64,000 nucleotides of DNA. It comes from Thermomicrobiales bacterium. Its GTDB lineage: Bacteria; Chloroflexota; Chloroflexia; Thermomicrobiales; CFX8. How positions within the stretch are numbered: the first letter of the stretch is position 1; each line of letters begins with the position of its first letter. The stretch lies in the NCBI GenBank assembly GCA_039810005.1, contig JBDHWD010000002.1:28433-92432 (forward strand), read 5' to 3'. This document shows positions 56,003 through 64,000 of this stretch, one piece after another. Under the pieces are notes generated by a model that saw nothing but the letters and a program-made list of their open reading frames with translations, was not told the origin of the DNA and made no database searches. Both the position numbers and the translations under genes were made by a program.

Positions 56003-57412
56003 ATGGCGACCGACGGCACAGAGCAGGATAGCTCGCGACCAAGAATGCTGAATCGCGATCTGTCGCTACGGTCGCCTGAGTCGCAGATGCGTCGCGCCTG
56101 GGTCGTGCTGGGCCTTGCTTCACTGGCTGCACTTCTCCTGCTTGTCTTCATCATCACTGCGGGCATATGGGTCAGCCGTCACGCAACCGAGCCACGCAGC
56201 GCGCGCATCACGCTCGTCAGCGGAACGGGAGCGCTGGTGAAATCTCCGGGCGATGCCGGCTGGCGACTCATCGATTCCAACGAGCGCATCGAAGAAGGGG
56301 ATAGCGTCTCGACAACGCTTGGTACGGTCGTGAAACTGCAGGCGTTCGACGGCACGACGGTCGAGATTGCCGAGGACTCGGTCGTGACGATTCATCGTAT
56401 GCGGTCCTCACGCTTCATCGAGCGCACGAAACTCATTGAGTTCCACCCGGAGCGCGGCGCCATCTACGTCAACATGCAACCGGCCGGCGACTATTCGTAT
56501 AGCGAAGTTGTCATCGAGGCCGACGGTACCCGCGTCGTCATGGCGTCCGACGGCGACCGACAACAAGCAGGCGCGTTCCTGCTCGAAGTCATCTCACCGT
56601 CCGACGGGCACGAAGTCGGCGATACAAGCGTGCGGACCGCCGTGCTACGCGGACAGGCGACGGTCAGAACGTCCGGATCCGAGCTTGTTCTGAATGACGA
56701 TCAGCAGACCGTGATTTCGCCAAATGGCGAGTTCGGTGCTATCACCCGACCGGTGCGTGAGCTCATCGTAAACGGCTCGTTTCAGCACGGCATGGATGGC
56801 TGGATCGACTTCCGCCAGCAGAACCCAGAGCACGCGGGAGTCGTGCCGCTGAATGCATCCATCGAGCTCGTGCCCGACACAACACCGAACGGCGATGTCA
56901 TCGCGCTGGAGATCAGCAGGCCCTCGTCTGATCGCGCGGGCGTCGTCCAGGCCGGTGTACGCCAGAGAATCGGCAAGACACTGCGCGTCGTCACGTCCCT
57001 GCGTCTCCAGCTCGATGTCCAGATTATCGACCAGGTACCGGCCGGAGGTGGCGACGATCTCAATCAGTTTCCACTGATCGTGACGATGAACTACATCGAT
57101 GTCGATGGCAAGGAGCGGATATGGTCGCACGGCTATTACGCGATCGACGATCCAGCGCATCCGGTTGATGAGTTCCGGGCGTCCCGGATCGAGCGCGACG
57201 CGTGGCGGCGTGTGTCCTTCGATCTGGGCAATCTTTCGCCTTTGCCAAGCCAGATTACGTCGATCGTAGTGTACGCTTCCGGAGAGAGCTTTCAGACACG
57301 GATTGCAAACGTGTCGCTGACGACAGGTGAATTACTGCGGGACTCGGGGGCGGCGAACGGTCGGAACGTGCCGGATGATTCCCCTCTGACTGCGTCCAAC
57401 AGAAGGAAATGA
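56003..57412 (+). CDS. Membrane-anchored hypothetical protein (FecR-like domain plus C-terminal jelly-roll/CBM-like region)
   Basis: Has a cytoplasmic N-terminus and one TM helix (WVVLGLASLAALLLLVFIITAGIWV). Next is a FecR-like beta-rich segment (GALVKSPGDAGWRLIDSNERIEEGDSVST). It ends in an NGSFQHGMDGW segment reminiscent of CBM4/9 modules. Domain calls are tentative. Confidence 0.55.
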   Translation: MATDGTEQDSSRPRMLNRDLSLRSPESQMRRAWVVLGLASLAALLLLVFIITAGIWVSRHATEPRSARITLVSGTGALVKSPGDAGWRLIDSNERIEEGDSVSTTLGTVVKLQAFDGTTVEIAEDSVVTIHRMRSSRFIERTKLIEFHPERGAIYVNMQPAGDYSYSEVVIEADGTRVVMASDGDRQQAGAFLLEVISPSDGHEVGDTSVRTAVLRGQATVRTSGSELVLNDDQQTVISPNGEFGAITRPVRELIVNGSFQHGMDGWIDFRQQNPEHAGVVPLNASIELVPDTTPNGDVIALEISRPSSDRAGVVQAGVRQRIGKTLRVVTSLRLQLDVQIIDQVPAGGGDDLNQFPLIVTMNYIDVDGKERIWSHGYYAIDDPAHPVDEFRASRIERDAWRRVSFDLGNLSPLPSQITSIVVYASGESFQTRIANVSLTTGELLRDSGAANGRNVPDDSPLTASNRRK

Positions 57413-57418
57413 CGGTAC

Positions 57419-58711
57419 ATGGCGCGGATCAGCATTATTGGTAGCGGCTACGTGGGCCTCGTCTACGCAGCTGCATTCGCCGACCTCGGCAACGATGTTG
57501 TCGGCATCGACATTAACGAAGAGAAGGTCAAGCTCCTGCAGCAAGGGGAGTGCCCGATTTTCGAGCCGGGGCTGCCAGAGATATTGTCGCGCAATCTGCA
57601 GGCCGGCCGACTGCGATTCACTACGTCGTACGAAGACGCTGTTCCGAACTCCGAATTCGTCTTCATCTGCGTCGACACACCGCAATCGTTCAACGGCGAA
57701 GCCGATATGCGCGCCGTCCGACGCGCCGCGACGACAACCGCCGAGCACCTCACTGGTCACACTGTCATCGTCAACAAGAGCACGATGCCGATTGGCTCCG
57801 GCGACCTGGTTGCGAAGATTCTCGAAGAGCACATCAGTGGAGACGCGACGTTTGCGGTCGTCAGCAATCCCGAGTTCCTTCGCGAGGGCTCGGCTGTCCA
57901 CGATGTCATGAATCCCGAGCGGGTTGTTCTCGGATCCGATCAGCGCGAAGCGGCTGAGAAGGTCGCCAGCCTGTACAGCGTGCTCAACTCGCCGATCGTT
58001 ATCACAGATCTCCGTTCGGCTGAAATGATCAAGTACGCATCCAACGCATTCCTGGCGACCAAGATCTCGTTTATCAATGAGATTGCCCGTATTTGCGAGC
58101 GCGTCGGAGCAGACGTCACCGTCGTCTCAAAGGGCATGGGTTACGATCCTCGCATCGGCTCGCTGTTCCTGGAAGCCGGCATCGGCTACGGCGGATCCTG
58201 CTTCCCGAAGGATGTCAGCGCGCTGGCCTACATGGCCGAAGAAGCCAACACGCATCCGCAGCTCCTCCGCGCCGTGATTGAGATCAACAACGATCAGCGC
58301 CGCCGCTTCGTTCAGAAGCTGCAGGAGAATCTGGGTGATTTGAACGAGCGTCAGATCGGCATCTGGGGGCTGGCGTTCAAGCAGAACACAGACGACATGC
58401 GCGAGTCGCCAGCGGTCGATATCATCCGCATGATCGAGCAGCGCGGCGGCTACGTCCGCGCCTACGATCCTGCCGCGTCGGAGACAGCTCGTCCGCTGCT
58501 GCCGAACGTTGTCATCTGCGACAACCCGTACGATGCTGTCGACGGGGCTGATGCGCTCTGCGTTGTCACTCCCTGGAACGAGTTCAAGCAGGCCAACCTC
58601 GAACGCGTCGCGGAGATGATGCGCACGCCGCTGCTCCTTGATGGTCGCAACATCTACGAGCCCGAGGATGTCAGAGCACAGGGATTGACCTATGTCGGCG
58701 TCGGAAGGTAA
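57419..58711 (+). CDS. ugd: UDP-glucose 6-dehydrogenase
   Basis: ISIIGSGYVGLV, GGSCFPKD (catalytic Cys) and the WGLAFKQNTDDMRESPA C-terminal domain. Confidence 0.9.
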   Translation: MARISIIGSGYVGLVYAAAFADLGNDVVGIDINEEKVKLLQQGECPIFEPGLPEILSRNLQAGRLRFTTSYEDAVPNSEFVFICVDTPQSFNGEADMRAVRRAATTTAEHLTGHTVIVNKSTMPIGSGDLVAKILEEHISGDATFAVVSNPEFLREGSAVHDVMNPERVVLGSDQREAAEKVASLYSVLNSPIVITDLRSAEMIKYASNAFLATKISFINEIARICERVGADVTVVSKGMGYDPRIGSLFLEAGIGYGGSCFPKDVSALAYMAEEANTHPQLLRAVIEINNDQRRRFVQKLQENLGDLNERQIGIWGLAFKQNTDDMRESPAVDIIRMIEQRGGYVRAYDPAASETARPLLPNVVICDNPYDAVDGADALCVVTPWNEFKQANLERVAEMMRTPLLLDGRNIYEPEDVRAQGLTYVGVGR

Positions 58712-59126
58712 CTATCAGCCGGTCTGGGATAGCGAGGCCGCCGGGCCGGTCGAGGTTGGTATCGACATCATCGAGATTGAGCGTATCGCCCAGACGCTAG
58801 CGCGTTTCGGCGACCGCTTCCTGAATCGCGTCTACTCGCCGCGTGAGCGCGAGCGCTATGGCAAGCGTGTCCAGGAGCTGGCGGCCCGGTTCGCGGCCAA
58901 AGAGGCGACGATGAAAGCGCTCGGCACTGGAGTCCGCGGCGTCCGTTGGCGGGACATCGAAGTCCTGCCAAACCGGCGCGGCAAGCCGATTCTCGTGCTG
59001 CACGAGACCGCTCAACGCCGCGCCGACCAACTCGGATTCCGGCACTTTGCTGTGTCGCTCACGCATTCGCGCGGCGACGCAATGGCTATTGTGATCGCAA
59101 CGAAGCAGGCAAACGACTTGCCATGA
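58692..59126 (+). CDS. acpS: Holo-[acyl-carrier-protein] synthase
   Basis: GIDIIEIERI, FAAKEATMKALG and LSLTHSRGDAMAIV. A roughly 20-aa N-terminal extension overlaps the end of ugd. Confidence 0.85.
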   Translation: MSASEGNYQPVWDSEAAGPVEVGIDIIEIERIAQTLARFGDRFLNRVYSPRERERYGKRVQELAARFAAKEATMKALGTGVRGVRWRDIEVLPNRRGKPILVLHETAQRRADQLGFRHFAVSLTHSRGDAMAIVIATKQANDLP

Positions 59127-60694
59127 CGGTCCTGGTGACAGCAGACGAGATGGCAGCCGCCGAGCGCAGTACGATCGAGCGCGGAGCCAGCGGCCCCGAT
59201 CTCATGCGCCGCGCGGCAGCCGCGATCGCGGACTGGATCGAATCGCACTGCGCAATCGTCGGTGCAGTCACGGGCCTGGTCGGTCCCGGCAATAACGGCG
59301 GCGACACGCTCGTCGCGCTCGGCATCCTGGGCACACGCGGCTGGCGCAGCACGGCGCTGCTCGTCAATCGCAACGAACTTGGCGATCTGCCGATGAGCGA
59401 CGGAGAACGAGCCGCCATCGCGACCGGTGGTGCGAATGCGCTGGGTAATGCAGATGTCATCCTCGACGGCATTTACGGCTTTCGCAGCCGGCCATCACTC
59501 CCAGCCGAGGTCTCAGCCGTGTTCGCTGACGCCCGACGCGCGAGAGCCTCGACAGGTGCCCGCGTTATCGCCATCGATGTTCCCTCAGGAGTTGACGTAA
59601 GCACAGGCGAAGCCGCGGCGGATGCACTCCCTGCCGACGTCACACTGTGCCTTGGTCTGCCCAAGCTCGGGCTGACCCGTCAGCCAGCCGCAGGCTATGT
59701 CGGCGAACTAGAGGTCATCGATATTGGCATTGTCGCGCCGACGATACGCGGGCGCGCTGAGCTGCTGGATCGCCGCACGATCGCTGGCCTGCTCCCCGAG
59801 CGACAGGCCAATGCGCACAAGAGCAGCGTTGGCGCGGTGCTCATCGTCGGTGGGGCGCCGACCTACTTTGGCGCGCCACGCCTGTCTGCCGAAGCAGCAT
59901 TGCGAATCGGCGCAGGGTTGGTCGCCGCGGCGATTCCGTCAGCGATTGTTCCTGTCCTTGCGACGCAAGTGCCGGAAGCGGTCGTCGTCCCCTGCGACGA
60001 TGACGACAGCTTCCCAGCAATCCGGCGCTTCGTTGACGAGCGTGATTCGATGCTTCACGCAATGGTCATCGGGCCCGGTCTGGGTCGGAGCGACCATGCG
60101 TCCACAATCCTGGAGCATCTGCTGGGGCGGCAAGCGCCTGACGAAATCCGTCGGCGCTCGAAGGTGATCGACGCCGACGCGTTGAACTGGATGTCCGACC
60201 AACCGGAGGTGCCAGCGGGGCTGACTCCGGGATCGGCGGTCCTGACGCCTCACCCGGGCGAAATGAGCCGCTTGCTCGGCTGCAGCGTCAGCGACGTTCT
60301 GGCTGACCCGGTCGAGACTGCGCGGCGTGCCGCTTCTCAGTTTGGTCAGGTGATCATCCTGAAGACTGGCCACTCACCGGTCGCGCATCCGGACGGCCAC
60401 GTCTGGCTCGCGCAGCGAACGACTCCCGAGTTGGCAACTGCCGGCACCGGCGATGTGCTATCTGGCATTGTCGGTGGGCTGCTCGCCCAGGGTCTATCGC
60501 CATGGGATGCCGCCCGGGCTGGCATTTTCATTGGTGCGCAAGCCGGGAAGCGCGCTGCGCACATGCAAGGTACAGTGGGGGTTGTCGCCCACGATGTGAT
60601 CGACGAGCTGAGTCGAGCATATCTGGACGTCCAGCGCCCTGGTTGGCAACGATGGCGATGGGGAGAGGAGGGCAGACCGCGTGTTGAGCACTGA
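59123..60694 (+). CDS. nnr: Bifunctional NAD(P)H-hydrate repair enzyme Nnr (epimerase + ADP-dependent dehydratase)
   Basis: N-terminal YjeF_N region (GPGNNGGDT) and C-terminal carbohydrate-kinase region (KSSVGAVLIVGG..., GTGDVLSGIVGGLLAQG). ATGA overlap with acpS. Confidence 0.9.
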   Translation: MTVLVTADEMAAAERSTIERGASGPDLMRRAAAAIADWIESHCAIVGAVTGLVGPGNNGGDTLVALGILGTRGWRSTALLVNRNELGDLPMSDGERAAIATGGANALGNADVILDGIYGFRSRPSLPAEVSAVFADARRARASTGARVIAIDVPSGVDVSTGEAAADALPADVTLCLGLPKLGLTRQPAAGYVGELEVIDIGIVAPTIRGRAELLDRRTIAGLLPERQANAHKSSVGAVLIVGGAPTYFGAPRLSAEAALRIGAGLVAAAIPSAIVPVLATQVPEAVVVPCDDDDSFPAIRRFVDERDSMLHAMVIGPGLGRSDHASTILEHLLGRQAPDEIRRRSKVIDADALNWMSDQPEVPAGLTPGSAVLTPHPGEMSRLLGCSVSDVLADPVETARRAASQFGQVIILKTGHSPVAHPDGHVWLAQRTTPELATAGTGDVLSGIVGGLLAQGLSPWDAARAGIFIGAQAGKRAAHMQGTVGVVAHDVIDELSRAYLDVQRPGWQRWRWGEEGRPRVEH

Positions 60695-61178
60695 TTCGCA
60701 GGTCGCAACCATCATGACTCGCGATGTCATCACTGTGTCACCAGACACGAGCGTGACCGATGTCGCACGGCTCATGACGGACCACGACATTTCTGGCATC
60801 CCCGTTGTGGAAAACGGCTACCTGGTCGGCCTGGTGACCGAAGTTGATGTTGTCTCGCGCGAGATCGATGTCGATCCTCCAGCGTATGGGACATTCCTCG
60901 ACGCCGTGTTCCGCTTTCCGTGGGATCGCTCCGACGAGGAGCTACGTCGCGTTCTAGCGTCAACGGCCGGAGATCTGATGACACGCGACGTGCGAACGAT
61001 CCGCGCCGAAGAACCCATTCGCGATGCGGCAAACATGATGTTCAAGCAGAGCGTAAACCCGCTGCCGGTTGTTGACTCCGACGGTCGAGTGATTGGGATT
61101 GTCTCCCGATCCGATATTGTCCGCCTCGTTGCGGACGCCGCTGATATCGCTGAAGGGAGCGCCGAAGGGCGTGACTGA
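60681..61178 (+). CDS. CBS-domain pair protein
   Basis: Two CBS repeats (IMTRDVITVSPDTSV...ISGIPVV; LMTRDVRTIRAEEPI...NPLPVVD). GTG start overlaps the nnr stop. Confidence 0.8.
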   Translation: MLSTDSQVATIMTRDVITVSPDTSVTDVARLMTDHDISGIPVVENGYLVGLVTEVDVVSREIDVDPPAYGTFLDAVFRFPWDRSDEELRRVLASTAGDLMTRDVRTIRAEEPIRDAANMMFKQSVNPLPVVDSDGRVIGIVSRSDIVRLVADAADIAEGSAEGRD

Positions 61179-62394
61179 CTCAACGACTTCGTCGCTCGCG
61201 TCAAGCCTGGAATCGGTTGGCGAGACGCGCGCGATCATTGATCTCGATGCCTATGCTCACAACATTGGCGTCCTACGCGCCAGCGCGCCAGAGGGGGCGG
61301 CGTTCATGGCCGTCGTCAAGGCGGACGCGTACGGGCACGGCCTGGTCGAGTGCGGTCGCACTGCCCAGAGCATAGGCTGCGAGTGGCTTGGCGTAGCGCG
61401 AATTGTCGAGGCGCTTCGCCTCCGTGACGCCGGCGTCGACATCCCGATCCTCGTCCTCGGGCCGCCGGTCTCTACCGAGCTAACCGCTGCAATTCAGCGC
61501 GGCGTGACGCTGGCTGCCGGCAGCTGGTCGATGGTTGAGCGCATTCGCGAAGCAGCGAAGGCCGCGGGAGCAACAGCGCGCGTTCATATCAAGGTCGACA
61601 TTGGCATGCGTCGCTACGGGTTCCTGCCCGAAGAAATCAGCGCCGCGGTTCAGCGCCTCAAGGCGATGCCGGAAATCGAGATCGACGGCGTCTTCAGCCA
61701 CTTCTCCAGCGCAGACGAACCGGGCGCCGAACCAACGGGCGCGCAGATCGCGCTGTTCAGCGCAGCGGTCGCTGAAGTTCGCGAAGCTGGCATCGAACCG
61801 CGCTGGGTTCACCTTGCGAATAGCGCCGGTATCATCACAGGCCGCGTTGGCCCGACGAACATGGTGCGTTCCGGCGCTGCTACGTATGGACTGTCGCCCT
61901 CACCGGAAGTCCCGTGCGATGAGCGCTTCCAGCCGGTCATGTCGGTTCGGAGCGTTGTCGCACGAGTGAGTCAGGCTCCGCTTGATTGCGGGGTGTCATA
62001 CAACTGCATCTATCGCACGACAGCCGACGAAATGCTGGCGACCATCCCGATCGGCTACGCCGACGGGCTGCCACGACCGTTGGCCAACCAGGGCTGGTTC
62101 GTGATCGGCGGACAACGCCGACCGATTCGTGGCCGCGTCTGCATGGATCAGACGATTGTTGGCGACGCGGATGATGTCAGCGAAGGTGACGAGGTCATCA
62201 TCGTCGGATCTAATGCCAACGGCGCGATGTCGTTCGAGGACATCGGACCGATGGCAGCGACCAACAACTATGAGGTCGCAACGCGCCTGATGGCTCGTGT
62301 GCCGCGTATCTACATGCGGAATGGCGAGCCAGTTGCAGTCGAGCACCTGCTACACGACGCAGCGGTTCGCAGCGTCGAGACAGCGCGCGCATAG
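61171..62394 (+). CDS. alr: Alanine racemase
   Basis: AVVKADAYGHG (PLP Lys), IGYADG and VCMDQ. GTG 61171 overlaps the CBS gene stop by 8 nt. The track start at 61093 is less likely. Confidence 0.9.
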   Translation: MTDSTTSSLASSLESVGETRAIIDLDAYAHNIGVLRASAPEGAAFMAVVKADAYGHGLVECGRTAQSIGCEWLGVARIVEALRLRDAGVDIPILVLGPPVSTELTAAIQRGVTLAAGSWSMVERIREAAKAAGATARVHIKVDIGMRRYGFLPEEISAAVQRLKAMPEIEIDGVFSHFSSADEPGAEPTGAQIALFSAAVAEVREAGIEPRWVHLANSAGIITGRVGPTNMVRSGAATYGLSPSPEVPCDERFQPVMSVRSVVARVSQAPLDCGVSYNCIYRTTADEMLATIPIGYADGLPRPLANQGWFVIGGQRRPIRGRVCMDQTIVGDADDVSEGDEVIIVGSNANGAMSFEDIGPMAATNNYEVATRLMARVPRIYMRNGEPVAVEHLLHDAAVRSVETARA

Positions 62395-62395
62395 C

Positions 62396-62427
62396 AAAAC
62401 GGCCGGCACAATCGTGCCGGCCGTTTC
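62396..62427. terminator. Bidirectional intrinsic terminator after alr
   Basis: AAAACGGCCGGCAC AATC GTGCCGGCCGTTT, a perfect 13-bp stem flanked by A and T runs. Confidence 0.65.
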
Positions 62428-62440
62428 CTGAACTCGCTAG

Positions 62441-62968
62441 CTAGCCTTGCTGAAGCCCTCCGGCATCGTGCAGCAGCGACTCAACGTCGCGCTGAACCAC
62501 GAACGTGCGTCCGGACATTTCGTCGCGAACGTAGCCGAGATGTCGCTCATCCATCCAGCGATAGATCGTTGGACGAGTGACACCAAGACGCTGCGCGGCA
62601 GCGCCAATCGACACAAGCTCGGACGGCTCGTAGGCACGATACTTGGCCATCGATAGCATGCCACCCAGCGGCGTCTCCCAGAACGACCGCGGAACGGTAT
62701 AGTCTTCTGCCATCGGAGGCCAGAACAGAAGCTGCAAGACGCTATCGATTGCTTCAAGCACGCGATCCTTGGGCTCACGAACCTCGCCGCGGGCGAGCTG
62801 CGCAAGCCGAAGCAGATCCTGTCCCAGTGGACCGCTTCGCAATGTCGCCATGTTGAGCGGGCGCTCAGCATCGGGGAATAGCCGGGTCACCAAGCGATGA
62901 TGGTGGCTGTAGACGATCCGGAGTGCATCATCGATCACTCCTTGATAGTCAGTACGTTCGCCCTCCAC
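62441..62968 (-). CDS. Hypothetical protein with C-terminal excisionase/MerR-type HTH
   Basis: LVSIGAAAQRLGVTRPTIYRWMDERHLGYV near the C-terminus. The N-terminal roughly 110 aa is unassigned. GTG 62968 lies 6 nt after AAGGAG and downstream of the predicted promoter. Confidence 0.55.
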   Translation of the reverse strand: MEGERTDYQGVIDDALRIVYSHHHRLVTRLFPDAERPLNMATLRSGPLGQDLLRLAQLARGEVREPKDRVLEAIDSVLQLLFWPPMAEDYTVPRSFWETPLGGMLSMAKYRAYEPSELVSIGAAAQRLGVTRPTIYRWMDERHLGYVRDEMSGRTFVVQRDVESLLHDAGGLQQG

Positions 62969-63018
62969 GCCTGCTCCTTTCGCGCGGCGTACCGTGTATG
63001 TCCTCCCTGTACGTACCC

Positions 63019-63048
63019 ATTGTAGCCGTATTCTCGTTCTCCCGTCAA
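63019..63048 (-). promoter_or_regulatory. Candidate promoter for the HTH protein gene (TTGACG-N18-TACAAT)
   Basis: Minus strand: -35 at 63048..63043 and -10 at 63024..63019, about 50 nt upstream of GTG 62968. Confidence 0.45.
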
Positions 63049-63206
63049 TCAGGTTGGACAGCAAAAATGATCGTTTGTACGCGGAAAGAGCCCGAGAGAT
63101 TGAATTATGCGCAAACATCGATAGGATTCCGTCGTGCGCTGTTTGAGAAGCCTGCTATAGTAGTTCTTCTGACCGGGGCATCGTTGACTCTTCCGAGGAG
63201 CCGCGC

Positions 63207-64000
63207 GTGCGTGTCATCTGGCGCATCCTGCTGTATCTGAAACCGTATCGCGGACGGCTCGTCATCGCGTACATTGCGCTATTCGTTGCGACCGGGGCAC
63301 AACTTCTGGTGCCGCGGCTGGTGCAACGCGTGATCGACGAAGGCATCGTCAAGAGCGATCAGTCAGCGATCCTCACCGGCGCTGGGCTGATCATCGGTGT
63401 CGTCGCCCTGCAGGCGGTCTTCACGTACATCCGCTCATACCTGTTTCAGGCAATGGCGGAAAGCGTATCAACCGATATCCGCCACCAGCTCTACGGACAC
63501 CTGCTGAAGCTGCCCTTTCAATACTTTGACGTCGCTCAGTCCGGACAGTTGATGTCTCGTGCGACCGAGGATGTCAATGCCATCCGGCGATTCCTGATGT
63601 TCTCTCTGCGGATGGTGATCTACGCAATTACGATCTTCGCGATCGTCAGCTTCCTGCTCCTGCGGGAGCACTTTACGCTCGGCATTATCTCGCTGGCGGC
63701 GATGCCCATTCTCGCCTTTACCGCGGTCTACTTCTCAATCAACATCCGCCCGATGTTCGCGCGAATTCAGCAGGAATTCGGCGAGATGTCGAGCGTCATG
63801 CAGGAGAACCTCGCCGGCACCCGGGTTGTCCGCATCTTCGCGAAAGAAGACTCGGAGACCAGGAAATTCGATCACTCCCTCGATGTGCTGTACGACCGAC
63901 AGATCGACGCGATTAAGTACTACTCCTTCTTCTTCCCCTTTATGCAATTTCTCTCTGGCCTGTCTCTTGGCCTGGTTCTCTGGTACGGCGGCCGACAGGT
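63207..64000 (+). CDS. ABC transporter permease/ATP-binding protein (MsbA/exporter type), 3'-truncated by window edge
   Basis: GTG 63207 lies 6 nt after GAGGAG. The frame is open to the window end: VRVIWRILLYLKPYRGRL...QSGQLMSRATEDVNAIRRF...QENLAGTRVVRIFAKE, a type I exporter TMD. It is absent from the ORF track because there is no stop in the window. Confidence 0.85.
   Translation, partial: MRVIWRILLYLKPYRGRLVIAYIALFVATGAQLLVPRLVQRVIDEGIVKSDQSAILTGAGLIIGVVALQAVFTYIRSYLFQAMAESVSTDIRHQLYGHLLKLPFQYFDVAQSGQLMSRATEDVNAIRRFLMFSLRMVIYAITIFAIVSFLLLREHFTLGIISLAAMPILAFTAVYFSINIRPMFARIQQEFGEMSSVMQENLAGTRVVRIFAKEDSETRKFDHSLDVLYDRQIDAIKYYSFFFPFMQFLSGLSLGLVLWYGGRQ

Overview
GC-rich bacterial chromosomal window made up almost entirely of conserved housekeeping genes, tightly packed and often translationally coupled through 4-14 nt overlaps. 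I guess a Chloroflexota/Thermomicrobia- or Actinobacteria-like lineage from gene order (low confidence).

Recognisable blocks:
- der-plsY-glyA.
- rsfS plus a CAT-anticodon tRNA.
- A tRNA-Pro/tRNA-Gly pair.
- The nusA-ylxR-infB-rbfA-nrnA-truB-ribF operon.
- yvcK-gap-pgk-tpiA-secG-tatA-lepB.
- An ECF sigma / ZAS anti-sigma pair.
- A stand-alone NuoE/NuoF-like flavoprotein pair.
- recQ, tRNA-Asn and a ROK kinase.
- murE with a TolB-like lipoprotein.
- lepA-mazG-like-aspS.
- rpsT and holA, then fabF and rpoD.
- ruvC-tlyA-larB.
- meaB with a split methylmalonyl-CoA mutase, and hbd.
- pth, a second tatA-like gene and tgt.
- ugd-acpS-nnr-CBS-alr.
- The 5' part of an ABC exporter.

I saw no CRISPR array, transposase, integrase, phage gene, toxin-antitoxin pair or recognisable defence gene, and I cannot honestly point to a clear novel multi-gene system.

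The items most worth a second look:
1. A roughly 157-nt rod-shaped structured element in the holA/ghrB intergenic region. It has its own extended -10 promoter and a 6S-RNA-like architecture.
2. An uncharacterised cluster of a 38-aa micro-ORF, a 547-aa protein and a HEAT-repeat protein upstream of murE.
3. An exact SigR-type GGAAT-N18-GTT promoter motif lying over the 5' end of the ECF sigma ORF.
4. An orphan FdsG/FdsB-like diaphorase pair.
5. A recurring (T/C)G(G/T)TATACT extended -10 element.

All coordinates and motifs were read by eye from the sequence. No database search was run.
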